Source of the DNA: Christensenellaceae bacterium
GTDB taxonomy: Bacteria; Bacillota; Clostridia; Christensenellales; Borkfalkiaceae
Direction of reading: 5' to 3'
Assembly: GCA_045598745.1 (NCBI GenBank)
Contig: JAZLMT010000025.1
Location: forward strand, 2,062 to 66,061
DNA: 64,000 nt
The translations under genes and the position numbers were made by a program. Shown piece by piece: positions 10,223 through 18,954 of the stretch (its first letter is position 1; each line of letters starts with the position of its first letter). The notes below the pieces were generated by a model. That model did no database searches, was not told where the DNA came from, and saw only the letters and a list, made by a program, of their open reading frames with translations.

Positions 10223-11459
10223 CTATTTTTACGATTGCTATATGATTTTAAATAAAGTTTATAGTGATAAAACTTTTTTAAAGCAAGCAATACTTAAAAC
10301 ACCGATAGAAGAAAAGAATAGAGCGTTAACGATAAAAACATGTTACGGTGTTTTAGATACCGATATAGAATTATCGTATTATATAAAAGAACTTGCGGAG
10401 AAATCGCCTAAACTTGTTATAAGAAGTATTCTTAAGATTTCAATGTATGCTATAAAGTATTTAGAAAAGCACGATTATGCAGTTATAAAAAATGCAGTTG
10501 AACTTACTAAAAAACTTGGAAAAGGTGGAACAGCCGGTTTTGTAAATGCTTTTTTAAGAAAATTCGTTACGTATAAGTTTGAATTTCCGAAAAATGAAGA
10601 CGAATATCTGTCTATAAAATATTCATTTCCGCTTTTTGCCGTTAGAGAACTTCTTAAAAAATACAGTAAAGAAAGGGTTGAAAGTATTCTTTCTGTAAAC
10701 AACGAAAAATCAACGCTTGTTTTTTACGATATAGACGGTGAAGAATATTTAAAGAGTAAAGGTGTGGAATATGAAAAAACGCCTTACGATAACGTATATT
10801 TCGTAAAAAACTTTACAAGAAACGAAGATTTTGATAAGGGACTATATACTTTTCAAAGTATAGGTTCGGTTGCAATATGTGATGCTGTTCCGAATTGTGA
10901 AAATTTGCTTGATTGTTGTTCTGCTCCGGGCGGAAAAAGCGTAAGACTTTCTTATAGAATAAAAAACGTTTTATCGCTTGATATTCACGAACATAGGGTA
11001 GAACTTATAAAAGATTATTATACCCGTATGAAAAGGAATAATATTACGGCTTTAGTTGAAGATGCAAAAGTGTATAATAACGAATATAAAGAATTATTTG
11101 ACGTTGTTTTATGTGACGTTCCTTGTAGTGGGCTTGGCGTAACTACGGATAACCCCGATATTAAACTTTTTAGGGAAGAAAAGGATTATTTGGAGCTATA
11201 TAAAGAGCAGTTATCTATTTTGAAAAACTGTTCTAAATACGTTAAATTAGGTGGTTATCTAATTTATTCAACCTGTTCAATTTTTGATAGAGAAAATATA
11301 GCGATTATTAAATCATTTATGTCTGAAATAAAAGGTTTTGAAATAGAAAAAATCAATTCAAAACTTAAATGTGAAGTAGAGAATAACACAAATTATTATT
11401 TACCTGATATTTCTTTTGGTGCAGGTTTTTTCGTTTGTAAATTAAAGAGGATAAAGTGA
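10215..11459 (+). CDS. rsmB: 16S rRNA (cytosine-C5) methyltransferase, RsmB/Sun type
   Basis: N-terminal NusB-like region. SAM fold DCCSAPGGKS, DVPCSGLG and YSTCS catalytic Cys motifs. Position after fmt. Confidence 0.8.
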   Translation: MINYFYDCYMILNKVYSDKTFLKQAILKTPIEEKNRALTIKTCYGVLDTDIELSYYIKELAEKSPKLVIRSILKISMYAIKYLEKHDYAVIKNAVELTKKLGKGGTAGFVNAFLRKFVTYKFEFPKNEDEYLSIKYSFPLFAVRELLKKYSKERVESILSVNNEKSTLVFYDIDGEEYLKSKGVEYEKTPYDNVYFVKNFTRNEDFDKGLYTFQSIGSVAICDAVPNCENLLDCCSAPGGKSVRLSYRIKNVLSLDIHEHRVELIKDYYTRMKRNNITALVEDAKVYNNEYKELFDVVLCDVPCSGLGVTTDNPDIKLFREEKDYLELYKEQLSILKNCSKYVKLGGYLIYSTCSIFDRENIAIIKSFMSEIKGFEIEKINSKLKCEVENNTNYYLPDISFGAGFFVCKLKRIK

Positions 11460-12496
11460 GAATTTTAGAGGATTTTTCTTTAGAAGAAATTGAAAACTAT
11501 ATAAAAGAAATCGGTGAAAAATCTTTTCGTGCTAAACAGATTTTCAAATCGCTTCACCGTGGGCTTTCTATTGAAGAAATGACGGATATTTCACTCTCTT
11601 TAAGGGAAAAACTAAAACAAGAGTTTACCTATCCGATAGAGATAATAAAAACACTTAAATCAAAAGACGGAACGGAAAAGTTTTTATATAAGTTGTTTGA
11701 CGGAAACGTTATTGAAGGTGTTTTGATGAAATATAAATACGGCTATACTTTATGCGTTTCAACGCAAGTCGGGTGCCGTATGGGGTGCAAATTTTGTGCA
11801 TCAACACTAAACGGGCTTATTCGTAATCTGTCTTGCGGTGAGATTTTAGGGCAAGTTTTAGCCGTAAACAGAAAACTCGGCGGTGGACTTAAAGACGATA
11901 GAAAGATTATAAACGTTGTTTTAATGGGAAGTGGTGAACCGCTTGACAACTACGATAACGTCGTTAAGTTTTTATCTTTAGTAAGTCATCCCGAAGGAAT
12001 AAATTTCAGCACGAGAAATATAAGCGTTTCAACGTCCGGTTTAGTAGATAAAATGATTAAAATTGCCGATGAAGGATTTTCTTTTAACTTAACCGTATCA
12101 CTTCACTCGCCGTTTGATGAAGAAAGAGAAAAAATAATGCCTGTTGCAAGGACATATAAAATAAAGGATATAATTTCTGCATGTGAGCATTATTTTGAAG
12201 TGACAAAAAGAAGATATATTTTTGAATACGTTTTAATTAAAGGCGAAAATGATACAAATAGGCATGCAAATGCGTTAATAGAACTACTAAAAGGTAAACC
12301 GTGCCACATAAATTTAATTAGGCTTAACGGAGTTAAGGAAAGAGATCTTATGGCTTCAACAGATAAAGAAGCATATAGATTTTTGGGGTTACTTGTTAAA
12401 GGCGGGCTCTCTGCAACCTTGCGTAGAAAAATGGGCGAAGATATTGACGGGGCTTGTGGACAACTTCGCCAAAGATATTTAGAAGAATTAAATTAA
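11456..12496 (+). CDS. rlmN: 23S rRNA/tRNA adenine-C2 methyltransferase (radical SAM) RlmN
   Basis: Radical SAM cluster GCRMGCKFCAS, GSGEPLDN, and C-terminal DIDGACGQL. Confidence 0.9.
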   Translation: MRILEDFSLEEIENYIKEIGEKSFRAKQIFKSLHRGLSIEEMTDISLSLREKLKQEFTYPIEIIKTLKSKDGTEKFLYKLFDGNVIEGVLMKYKYGYTLCVSTQVGCRMGCKFCASTLNGLIRNLSCGEILGQVLAVNRKLGGGLKDDRKIINVVLMGSGEPLDNYDNVVKFLSLVSHPEGINFSTRNISVSTSGLVDKMIKIADEGFSFNLTVSLHSPFDEEREKIMPVARTYKIKDIISACEHYFEVTKRRYIFEYVLIKGENDTNRHANALIELLKGKPCHINLIRLNGVKERDLMASTDKEAYRFLGLLVKGGLSATLRRKMGEDIDGACGQLRQRYLEELN

Positions 12497-12521
12497 AAAA
12501 ATAAAGGAATAAAGGACAAAA

Positions 12522-13178
12522 ATGAAAGACATTAAAATTGCACCATCACTTTTATCAAGTGATTTTTCTATTGAAAAAGAAGAAATTATAAATACGGATA
12601 AGGCAGGGGCAGACTTTATGCACCTTGACGTTATGGACGGGGTTTTTGTAAAAAACATAACTTTCGGGCCAAAATTTATTAAAGATATAAGGCCGTATAC
12701 AAAAAAAGTTTTTGATTCGCATTTGATGATCGTTGAACCTTGGAAGTATATTGAAAAATTTGCGGAAGCCGGTTCGGATTATATAACAGTTCATTACGAA
12801 GCATGTAAAGACAGGTTAAAAGATACTTTAAAAGCAATAAAATCACTAGGCGTTAAATGTGGTGCCGTTATAAATCCGGATACGCCTGTTTCAGTTTTAA
12901 AAGAAGTTGTTGAAGAGTGTGATATGATACTTTTAATGAGTGTTTTTCCCGGATTCGGGGGGCAAAAATTTATACCTGAAGTATTGCCGAAATTAGAAGA
13001 AGCATCAAAACTTATAAAAGCAACCAAAAAGGATATTTTGCTTGAAATTGACGGTGGAATAAATAAAGAAAACGTTAAATCTGTTAAGGATGCAGGTGCA
13101 AACGTTATAGTTGCGGGAAACACTATTTTTAAGGAATCTGATAGAGCAAAGATAATAAAGGAATTAAGAGAACTGTAA
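12522..13178 (+). CDS. rpe: ribulose-phosphate 3-epimerase
   Basis: IAPSLLS, HLDVMDG, HLM, FPGFGGQKF and IDGGIN motifs. Confidence 0.9.
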   Translation: MKDIKIAPSLLSSDFSIEKEEIINTDKAGADFMHLDVMDGVFVKNITFGPKFIKDIRPYTKKVFDSHLMIVEPWKYIEKFAEAGSDYITVHYEACKDRLKDTLKAIKSLGVKCGAVINPDTPVSVLKEVVEECDMILLMSVFPGFGGQKFIPEVLPKLEEASKLIKATKKDILLEIDGGINKENVKSVKDAGANVIVAGNTIFKESDRAKIIKELREL

Positions 13179-13231
13179 TTTTTGTTATATTTTGTATATT
13201 TTGCTCATAAAATTGTTTTAGGGGTGAATAT

Positions 13232-13321
13232 ATGAAGATAATATGTTTTAAGATTCCTGAATTTTTCGGGAGAATTATTAGGTTTTTTTTAAGATTAAAA
13301 AAGAAGAATAAACAGGAATAG
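13232..13321 (+). CDS. possible 29-aa basic micropeptide (MKIICFKIPEFFGRIIRFFLRLKKKNKQE)
   Basis: ATG preceded by AGGGGTG at suitable spacing and followed within 15 nt by a strong terminator. No recognisable family. Confidence 0.2.
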   Translation: MKIICFKIPEFFGRIIRFFLRLKKKNKQE

Positions 13322-13333
13322 AAGAATTAAAAA

Positions 13334-13359
13334 AGAGCCAACCGTTTTCGGTTGGCTCT
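13334..13359. terminator. bidirectional rho-independent terminator between convergent genes
   Basis: AGAGCCAACCG-TTTT-CGGTTGGCTCT, flanked by an A-run on the left and a T-rich tract on the right. Confidence 0.7.
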
Positions 13360-13378
13360 TTATCATTTTAACAATATA

Positions 13379-14386
13379 TTAAACATTTTCTACGATAATT
13401 TCAGTAAATTTATATTCTTTTGATGCTTTTATCATTGCGTCGCTTATATCGGAATATTTAATTTTTTCAATTTTTAGGTTAGAAGTATTAACGGCTTTAT
13501 TAACCAAAAGGTTTATACTTGTAGGTGTGTTTTTTGCAACGTTATTTATGCAATAAATTTGAAGTTGCTTTTTAATTGCTTGGTTAAACGAAAAAGAAGT
13601 TATTCTGTTCGTAAATCCCGTAAAGGCAATTTTTGCACCGTAAGAGGCGAGAGAAAAAGCTTTTGTAACCGGTAAATCCATATCGCAAATATAAACAACT
13701 TTATCAGCCATCCTTCCGCCGGTAATAGTTGAAACTTCTTTCGTTAAATTATCTTCTTCCGTTAGGTTATAATAAACGCCGGATTTACTAGCTAATTCCT
13801 TACCTTTTTCGTTTTCGGAAATCATTATCGGAACAGCTTGATAATATATTAAAAGTTGGGCTAAAATTACAGAAAGATTGTTTGTTCCTACAATTGCAAC
13901 GTAATTGCCTTTTTCTATGTTTAACGTATCAATAATATTAACACAAACGGAAATATAATTGATAAATAAAGCGTCTTGGTCGGAAACACTGTCAGGCAAT
14001 TTATAAACTTCATCAATAGGGCAAGAAACGAAATCTCTTAAAAACCCGTCGTAATCTTCACCGGCAATAAGCGGTGAAAAACATTTGTCTTTGTTGCCGA
14101 TATTACAGTTATAACAATCGTTACAAGGTTTTTTTGATTCAATATATACACGGTCGCCCTTTTGAAGCCCAAGTAAAGTAGAAGGTTCTTCAGCCAAAAC
14201 ACCGATACCGTAACTACCAAGCACGGTATTTTCTTTAACTTCGTTATCACCGCTAAAAATATTAAAATCGTTTAGATTTAGCAACGTTTTAGTGATTTTA
14301 ACCTTAACGGATTGTTCTAAATCGTCATTATTTAATATTTCTTCTTCTAAAATTACATTAGGTTTCTTAAATTTCCAGCCTTTCAT
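13379..14386 (-). CDS. medium-chain dehydrogenase/reductase (zinc-ADH-like) family protein with degenerate catalytic-Zn and NAD(P) motifs
   Basis: GroES-like plus Rossmann layout. The structural Zn motif CNDCYNCNIGNKDKC is retained. GHE is replaced by GSY and GxGxxG by VGTNNLS. Start set at ATG 14384-14386 (MKGWKF) with GGAG upstream. Confidence 0.6.
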   Translation of the reverse strand: MKGWKFKKPNVILEEEILNNDDLEQSVKVKITKTLLNLNDFNIFSGDNEVKENTVLGSYGIGVLAEEPSTLLGLQKGDRVYIESKKPCNDCYNCNIGNKDKCFSPLIAGEDYDGFLRDFVSCPIDEVYKLPDSVSDQDALFINYISVCVNIIDTLNIEKGNYVAIVGTNNLSVILAQLLIYYQAVPIMISENEKGKELASKSGVYYNLTEEDNLTKEVSTITGGRMADKVVYICDMDLPVTKAFSLASYGAKIAFTGFTNRITSFSFNQAIKKQLQIYCINNVAKNTPTSINLLVNKAVNTSNLKIEKIKYSDISDAMIKASKEYKFTEIIVENV

Positions 14387-14512
14387 CAATATCTCCAAAT
14401 TTATTAAAAACGAAAATATTATAACTTGTTTTATAAAAAAAAGCAAGTAAAATAACCTATATAAAAAACCTAGAAAAAGTATAATAATTTTTAATAAAAT
14501 ACATTATTATAG

Positions 14513-14541
14513 TTGACTAAAGATTTAAAATAATATATAAT
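14513..14541 (+). promoter_or_regulatory. sigma-A type promoter for rpmE
   Basis: TTGACT (14513-14518), 17-nt spacer, TATAAT (14536-14541). Confidence 0.5.
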
Positions 14542-14572
14542 AACAACGAAATTTAGTTTAATGAGGTGCGAA

Positions 14573-14782
14573 ATGAAACAAGGTATTCATCCGAACTATC
14601 ATGAAGTAACGGTTGTTTGCGCATGTGGCGAAACATTTAAAACCGGTTCAACAAAAAATACAGACGTAATAAAGGTTGATATTTGTAGTAAATGCCATCC
14701 TTTCTTTACAGGTAAACAAAAATTAGTTGATACCGGTGGCCGTGTTGATAAGTTCAACAAGAGATATAGCAAAGAAAAATAA
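14573..14782 (+). CDS. rpmE: 50S ribosomal protein L31 (Zn-binding type A)
   Basis: [10 protein letters not shown]...CACGETF...[10 protein letters not shown]...[19 protein letters not shown]. Confidence 0.9.
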   Translation: MKQGIHPNYHEVTVVCACGETFKTGSTKNTDVIKVDICSKCHPFFTGKQKLVDTGGRVDKFNKRYSKEK

Positions 14783-14793
14783 CAATGCTATGG

Positions 14794-14837
14794 TCGGCTT
14801 TAAGGGTATTATTTTACACTTAAAGCCGATTTTTTTA
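14794..14837 (+). terminator. rho-independent terminator after rpmE
   Basis: TCGGCTTTAAG...CTTAAAGCCGA stem followed by TTTTTTT. Confidence 0.7.
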
Positions 14838-14847
14838 TTTTAGGATA

Positions 14848-16665
14848 ATGAAAAAAGACAAACAAAAAACAACGTCAATAGGTGGCCAAGCAGTAATTGA
14901 AGGCGTTATGATGCGTGGCGAAAGCTCAATGGCTACTGCCGTTCGTGATGAAGACGAAATTATAAGAATAGAATCAAAGCGTATTACTCCTGTGAAGAAA
15001 AGGAAAAAAATATTAAGATTTCCTATTATTCGTGGCGTATATGCTTTTTTGCAGTCTTTTATCGGCGGAACGAAAGTTTTAATGAGATCTGCTGAAGTAT
15101 ACGGTGAAGGCGAACCGTCAAAATTTGAAAGGTGGCTATCAAAAAAATTCAAGATAGATATAATGAGCATCGTTATAACTATTTCTTTGATTTTGGGTAT
15201 AGGGCTTGCGGTTTTGCTTTTTATTGTTGCGCCGATATTCGTTAGAAAACTTTTAGAGTTTTTAATTACTGGTGATAGTAAATATATTGCATTATCTTAT
15301 AAAGAAACCTATTTTAATATTTGGGCAAAGAATTTTATTGAAGGCGGGTTGAAAATTTTAATTTTTATTTCATATATTTTGCTTTGTTCTTTGATAAAAG
15401 ACGTTAGAAGGACTTTTATGTATCACGGGGCAGAACATAAAACCATTTCTTGTTTTGAAAGGGGAATGGATTTAACCGTTGAAAATGCAAAGAAGTGTTC
15501 TCGTGTTCACAACCGTTGCGGAACGACGTTTATTGTTTTCGTTATGGTTATAGGTATTCTGTTATTTGCTGTTTTAGAAGCCGTTTTGGGAACTTCGGTT
15601 GAAGGGATATTAAGGGTTTTATGTAAAATAGCACTTTTGCCGTTAGTTGCTGGGCTTTCATACGAATTGCTTAAAGGTTTGGCAAAAACAGATTGTTTTA
15701 TCGTTTATCCGTTAAAAGTTCCGGGGCTACTTCTTCAAAGGTTGACTACGAAAGAACCGGACGAAAAGATGCTTGAAGTTGCTATAACCGCTTTTAACAC
15801 CGTTTTGGAAATGGATAAAGACGAAACTATTGAAGAAAAACAATTTATTACGCCGAAAAAATCAATTGATTTAGTTAAGGAAATAAAAGAAAAACTTTCA
15901 AAAAGCGGAATAAACGAAGATGCGGAAGCCGAGTGGATCGTTTCTATTACGGCAAATATTAAAAGGGACGAAGTTTATTCCGATAAAATGATAAAGGCAA
16001 AATTTGTTGATAAAATCAATAAAATTACCGAAGAACGTTGCACTCGCCGTCCACTTTGGTATTGTATAGGAAATGCTGATTTTTACGGATATACAATTAA
16101 AGTTGATGAAAGAGTTTTAATTCCACGTCCGGAAACCGAACTTTTGGTTTTGGAAGGGAAAAAGTATATAAAAGAGAATAGTAAGGTTTTAGACTTGTGC
16201 ACGGGAAGCGGTGCGATTGCAATTGCCGTTTCAAAAGAGTGCAAAATAAAAGTAACGGCAAGCGATATTTCCGATAAAGCACTAACTTTAGCAAAAGAAA
16301 ATGCAAATTTAAATAATGCAGATGTTGAATTTATAGAAAGTGATTTATTTGATAATATAGAAGAAAAGTTTGACGTTATATTAAGCAATCCGCCGTATAT
16401 AAAGAAAGACGATATAGAAGGTTTGGAAAAAGAAGTTAAAGATTTTGAACCGCATTTAGCGTTAGACGGCGGAATTGACGGATTAGATTTCTATAAAAAG
16501 ATAATACTTAAGGCAAAAGAACATTTGAATATAGAGGGTGTTTTGTTGTTAGAATGCGGAATAGGTCAAGCAGAACAAATAGTTCAAATGCTTGACGGAT
16601 ATAAAGAAGTAGAAATAATAAAAGATTTAGAGAAAATTGATAGAATAGTTAAGGCGGTATTTTAA
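14848..16665 (+). CDS. prmC: fusion protein: N-terminal DUF1385-like membrane domain plus C-terminal release-factor glutamine N5-methyltransferase PrmC/HemK
   Basis: First ~325 aa: IGGQAVIEGVMMRG, YHGAEHK, RCGT and several TM helices (DUF1385/YqhQ-like). Last ~280 aa: VLIPRPETE, DLCTGSGAIA and NPPY. prfA follows immediately. Confidence 0.8.
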   Translation: MKKDKQKTTSIGGQAVIEGVMMRGESSMATAVRDEDEIIRIESKRITPVKKRKKILRFPIIRGVYAFLQSFIGGTKVLMRSAEVYGEGEPSKFERWLSKKFKIDIMSIVITISLILGIGLAVLLFIVAPIFVRKLLEFLITGDSKYIALSYKETYFNIWAKNFIEGGLKILIFISYILLCSLIKDVRRTFMYHGAEHKTISCFERGMDLTVENAKKCSRVHNRCGTTFIVFVMVIGILLFAVLEAVLGTSVEGILRVLCKIALLPLVAGLSYELLKGLAKTDCFIVYPLKVPGLLLQRLTTKEPDEKMLEVAITAFNTVLEMDKDETIEEKQFITPKKSIDLVKEIKEKLSKSGINEDAEAEWIVSITANIKRDEVYSDKMIKAKFVDKINKITEERCTRRPLWYCIGNADFYGYTIKVDERVLIPRPETELLVLEGKKYIKENSKVLDLCTGSGAIAIAVSKECKIKVTASDISDKALTLAKENANLNNADVEFIESDLFDNIEEKFDVILSNPPYIKKDDIEGLEKEVKDFEPHLALDGGIDGLDFYKKIILKAKEHLNIEGVLLLECGIGQAEQIVQMLDGYKEVEIIKDLEKIDRIVKAVF

Positions 16666-17741
16666 TGTTTAAAAAACTTGATAAAATGCTAGAGAGATAT
16701 GAAAAACTTAACGAACTTGTTAGTGATCCTGAAGTCATAGCAAAAATGGATGAGTGGAAATCATACTCAAAAGAACTTGCTGACATGCAAGAAACAGTAG
16801 AAAAATACACCGAATATAAAAAAGTAGTTGCCGATCAAGAAGAAATAAAGAATATGCTAGCTATTGAAACCGATAAGGCAATGAAAGACTTTATGGAAGA
16901 AGAAATTCTTGAAAATAAGGATAAAATTGAAAAAATTTCAGAAGAATTGAGAATTTTGCTCCTTCCAAAAGATCCTAATGACGATAAGAACGTTATTATG
17001 GAAATAAGGGCAGGTGCCGGTGGAGAAGAAGCAAGCCTTTTTGCATACGAATTATACAGAATGTATGTAAAGTATGCAGAAAAGAACCGTTGGAAGACGG
17101 AAGAAATTGAAAACAATTCAACCGAACTCGGCGGTATAAAAGAAGTAACTTTTTCTATTGCGGGTAAATCTTGCTATAAAAAACTAAAGTTTGAAAGCGG
17201 TGTTCATAGAGTTCAACGTGTTCCAGAAACGGAATCGCAAGGTAGAGTTCATACTTCAACCGCAACCGTTGCCGTTTTACCGGAAGTTGAAGACGTAGAA
17301 GTTAATATTGATGAAAAAGACTTGAAAATTGATACTTTAAGAAGTAGTGGTGCAGGTGGACAGCATATCAATAAAACGGAATCTTGTATCCGTATGACAC
17401 ATATTCCGACAGGAATCGTAGTTTTATGTCAAGATGAACGTTCGCAAACAAAGAATCGTGAAAAGGCTATGAAGGTTTTAAAGAGTAGGCTTTACGATTA
17501 TTATCAATCGCAATACGATAAAGAATATTCTGAAAACCGTAGAAGTCAAGTTGGAACGGGTGATAGATCCGAAAGAATCAGAACGTATAACTTTCCACAA
17601 GGCAGAGTTACGGATCATAGAATAGGTTTAACACTTTATACAATAGAAAATTTTATGCTTGGCGATCTTGACGAGATGGTTGAAGCACTTGGAATAGCAG
17701 ATAGAGAAGCAAAACTTTCTGCGGGTATAGATGAAGAATAA
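16665..17741 (+). CDS. prfA: peptide chain release factor 1
   Basis: GGQ motif SGAGGQHINK, RVQRVPETESQGRVHTS (PxT tripeptide region), RIRTYNFPQGRVTDHR. Confidence 0.95.
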   Translation: MFKKLDKMLERYEKLNELVSDPEVIAKMDEWKSYSKELADMQETVEKYTEYKKVVADQEEIKNMLAIETDKAMKDFMEEEILENKDKIEKISEELRILLLPKDPNDDKNVIMEIRAGAGGEEASLFAYELYRMYVKYAEKNRWKTEEIENNSTELGGIKEVTFSIAGKSCYKKLKFESGVHRVQRVPETESQGRVHTSTATVAVLPEVEDVEVNIDEKDLKIDTLRSSGAGGQHINKTESCIRMTHIPTGIVVLCQDERSQTKNREKAMKVLKSRLYDYYQSQYDKEYSENRRSQVGTGDRSERIRTYNFPQGRVTDHRIGLTLYTIENFMLGDLDEMVEALGIADREAKLSAGIDEE

Positions 17742-17756
17742 ACATAGGAGAAAATT

Positions 17757-18953
17757 ATGAGTATTTCAAAAAGAGTTAGTAGCATTGCTCCGTCACTCAC
17801 ATTGGAGATAACGGCAAAAGCAAAGAAAATGAAGGCAGAAGGTATTTCCGTCATCGGTTTCGGTGCGGGCGAACCTGACTTTAATACACCGGATTTTATT
17901 ATTGAATCTTGCAAAAAAGCATTAGATATCGGATTTACTAAATATACACCGGCATCAGGAACCGTAGAATTAAAAAAGGCAATTTGTGAAAAGTTTTTAA
18001 AAGATAACGGCTTAACTTATGATATTTCAAATATAGTTATATCTTCTGGCGCAAAATCTTCGTTATTCCATGCAATAAGTGCAATAGTTAATGAAGGTGA
18101 TGAAGTTATTCTTCCTTCGCCTTACTGGTTAACATATCCCGAACTTATTAAACTTGCGGGCGGAAAAGTTGTGCTTGTTACCGCTAAAAAAGAAAATAAT
18201 TATAAGATGACGGCGGAACAGTTTGAAAAGGCAATAACACCTAAAACAAAAGCTTTAATTCTTAATTCTCCAAATAACCCGACGGGTTCTGTTTATAGTG
18301 AAAAAGAAATTAAAGAAATAGCAAAGATATGCGAAAAACATAATATTTACGTTGTTTCCGATGAAATTTACGAAAAACTTGTTTATGACGGCGAAAAGCA
18401 TTATTCAATAGCACAAGTTAGTGAAAATATGAAAAATCATACGGTAGTTATAAACGGTATGAGTAAATCGTATGCAATGACCGGTTGGAGAATAGGTTAT
18501 CTTGCTGCACCAACAGATATTGCAAAAGCAATAGGTAGTATGCAAAGCCATACGGCAAGCAATCCGACTTCGTTTTGTCAATATGCTTCGGTAACGGCTT
18601 TAACCGATAAGAAAGGCGAAGAATTTATCGGTAAAATGCAAAAGATTTTTGATGAAAGAAGAATATATATGTATAACACTCTTAAGTCAATGGATAAATT
18701 AGAACCTATTTGTCCGAAGGGTGCTTTCTACGTATTCGTAAATATTAAAAATTACATAGGCAAATCTTATAACGGAGAAGTTATAACAGGTTCGTTAAAG
18801 TTTGCAGATTTAGCGCTTAAATGTGGGGTTGCTCTTATTCCGGGCGTTGCCTTTGGTGATGATGAAAGTATAAGGCTTTCTTATGCAATTTCACTTGAAG
18901 ATATTAAAGAAGGTTTAGAAAGACTTTCAAAATTTGTTAAGGAGGTAAAGTAA
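17757..18953 (+). CDS. class I PLP-dependent aminotransferase (aspartate aminotransferase-like)
   Basis: GEPDF, NSPNNPTG, SDEIY, and NGMSKSYAMTGWRIGY (PLP lysine). Confidence 0.8.
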   Translation: MSISKRVSSIAPSLTLEITAKAKKMKAEGISVIGFGAGEPDFNTPDFIIESCKKALDIGFTKYTPASGTVELKKAICEKFLKDNGLTYDISNIVISSGAKSSLFHAISAIVNEGDEVILPSPYWLTYPELIKLAGGKVVLVTAKKENNYKMTAEQFEKAITPKTKALILNSPNNPTGSVYSEKEIKEIAKICEKHNIYVVSDEIYEKLVYDGEKHYSIAQVSENMKNHTVVINGMSKSYAMTGWRIGYLAAPTDIAKAIGSMQSHTASNPTSFCQYASVTALTDKKGEEFIGKMQKIFDERRIYMYNTLKSMDKLEPICPKGAFYVFVNIKNYIGKSYNGEVITGSLKFADLALKCGVALIPGVAFGDDESIRLSYAISLEDIKEGLERLSKFVKEVK

Positions 18954-18954
18954 G

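Noticed and set aside
14387-14446. Track extension of the MDR-like gene (MLFFIKQVIIFSFLINLEIL).
   Set aside because: No RBS. An internal ATG with GGAG upstream gives the normal MDR N-terminus.
17223-17231. RF1 anticodon-mimic tripeptide reads P-E-T rather than the familiar P-A-T / P-V-T.
   Set aside because: The middle position of PxT is variable among RF1 proteins. This is not evidence for altered stop-codon recognition, and TAA, TAG and TGA are all used as stops in this window.
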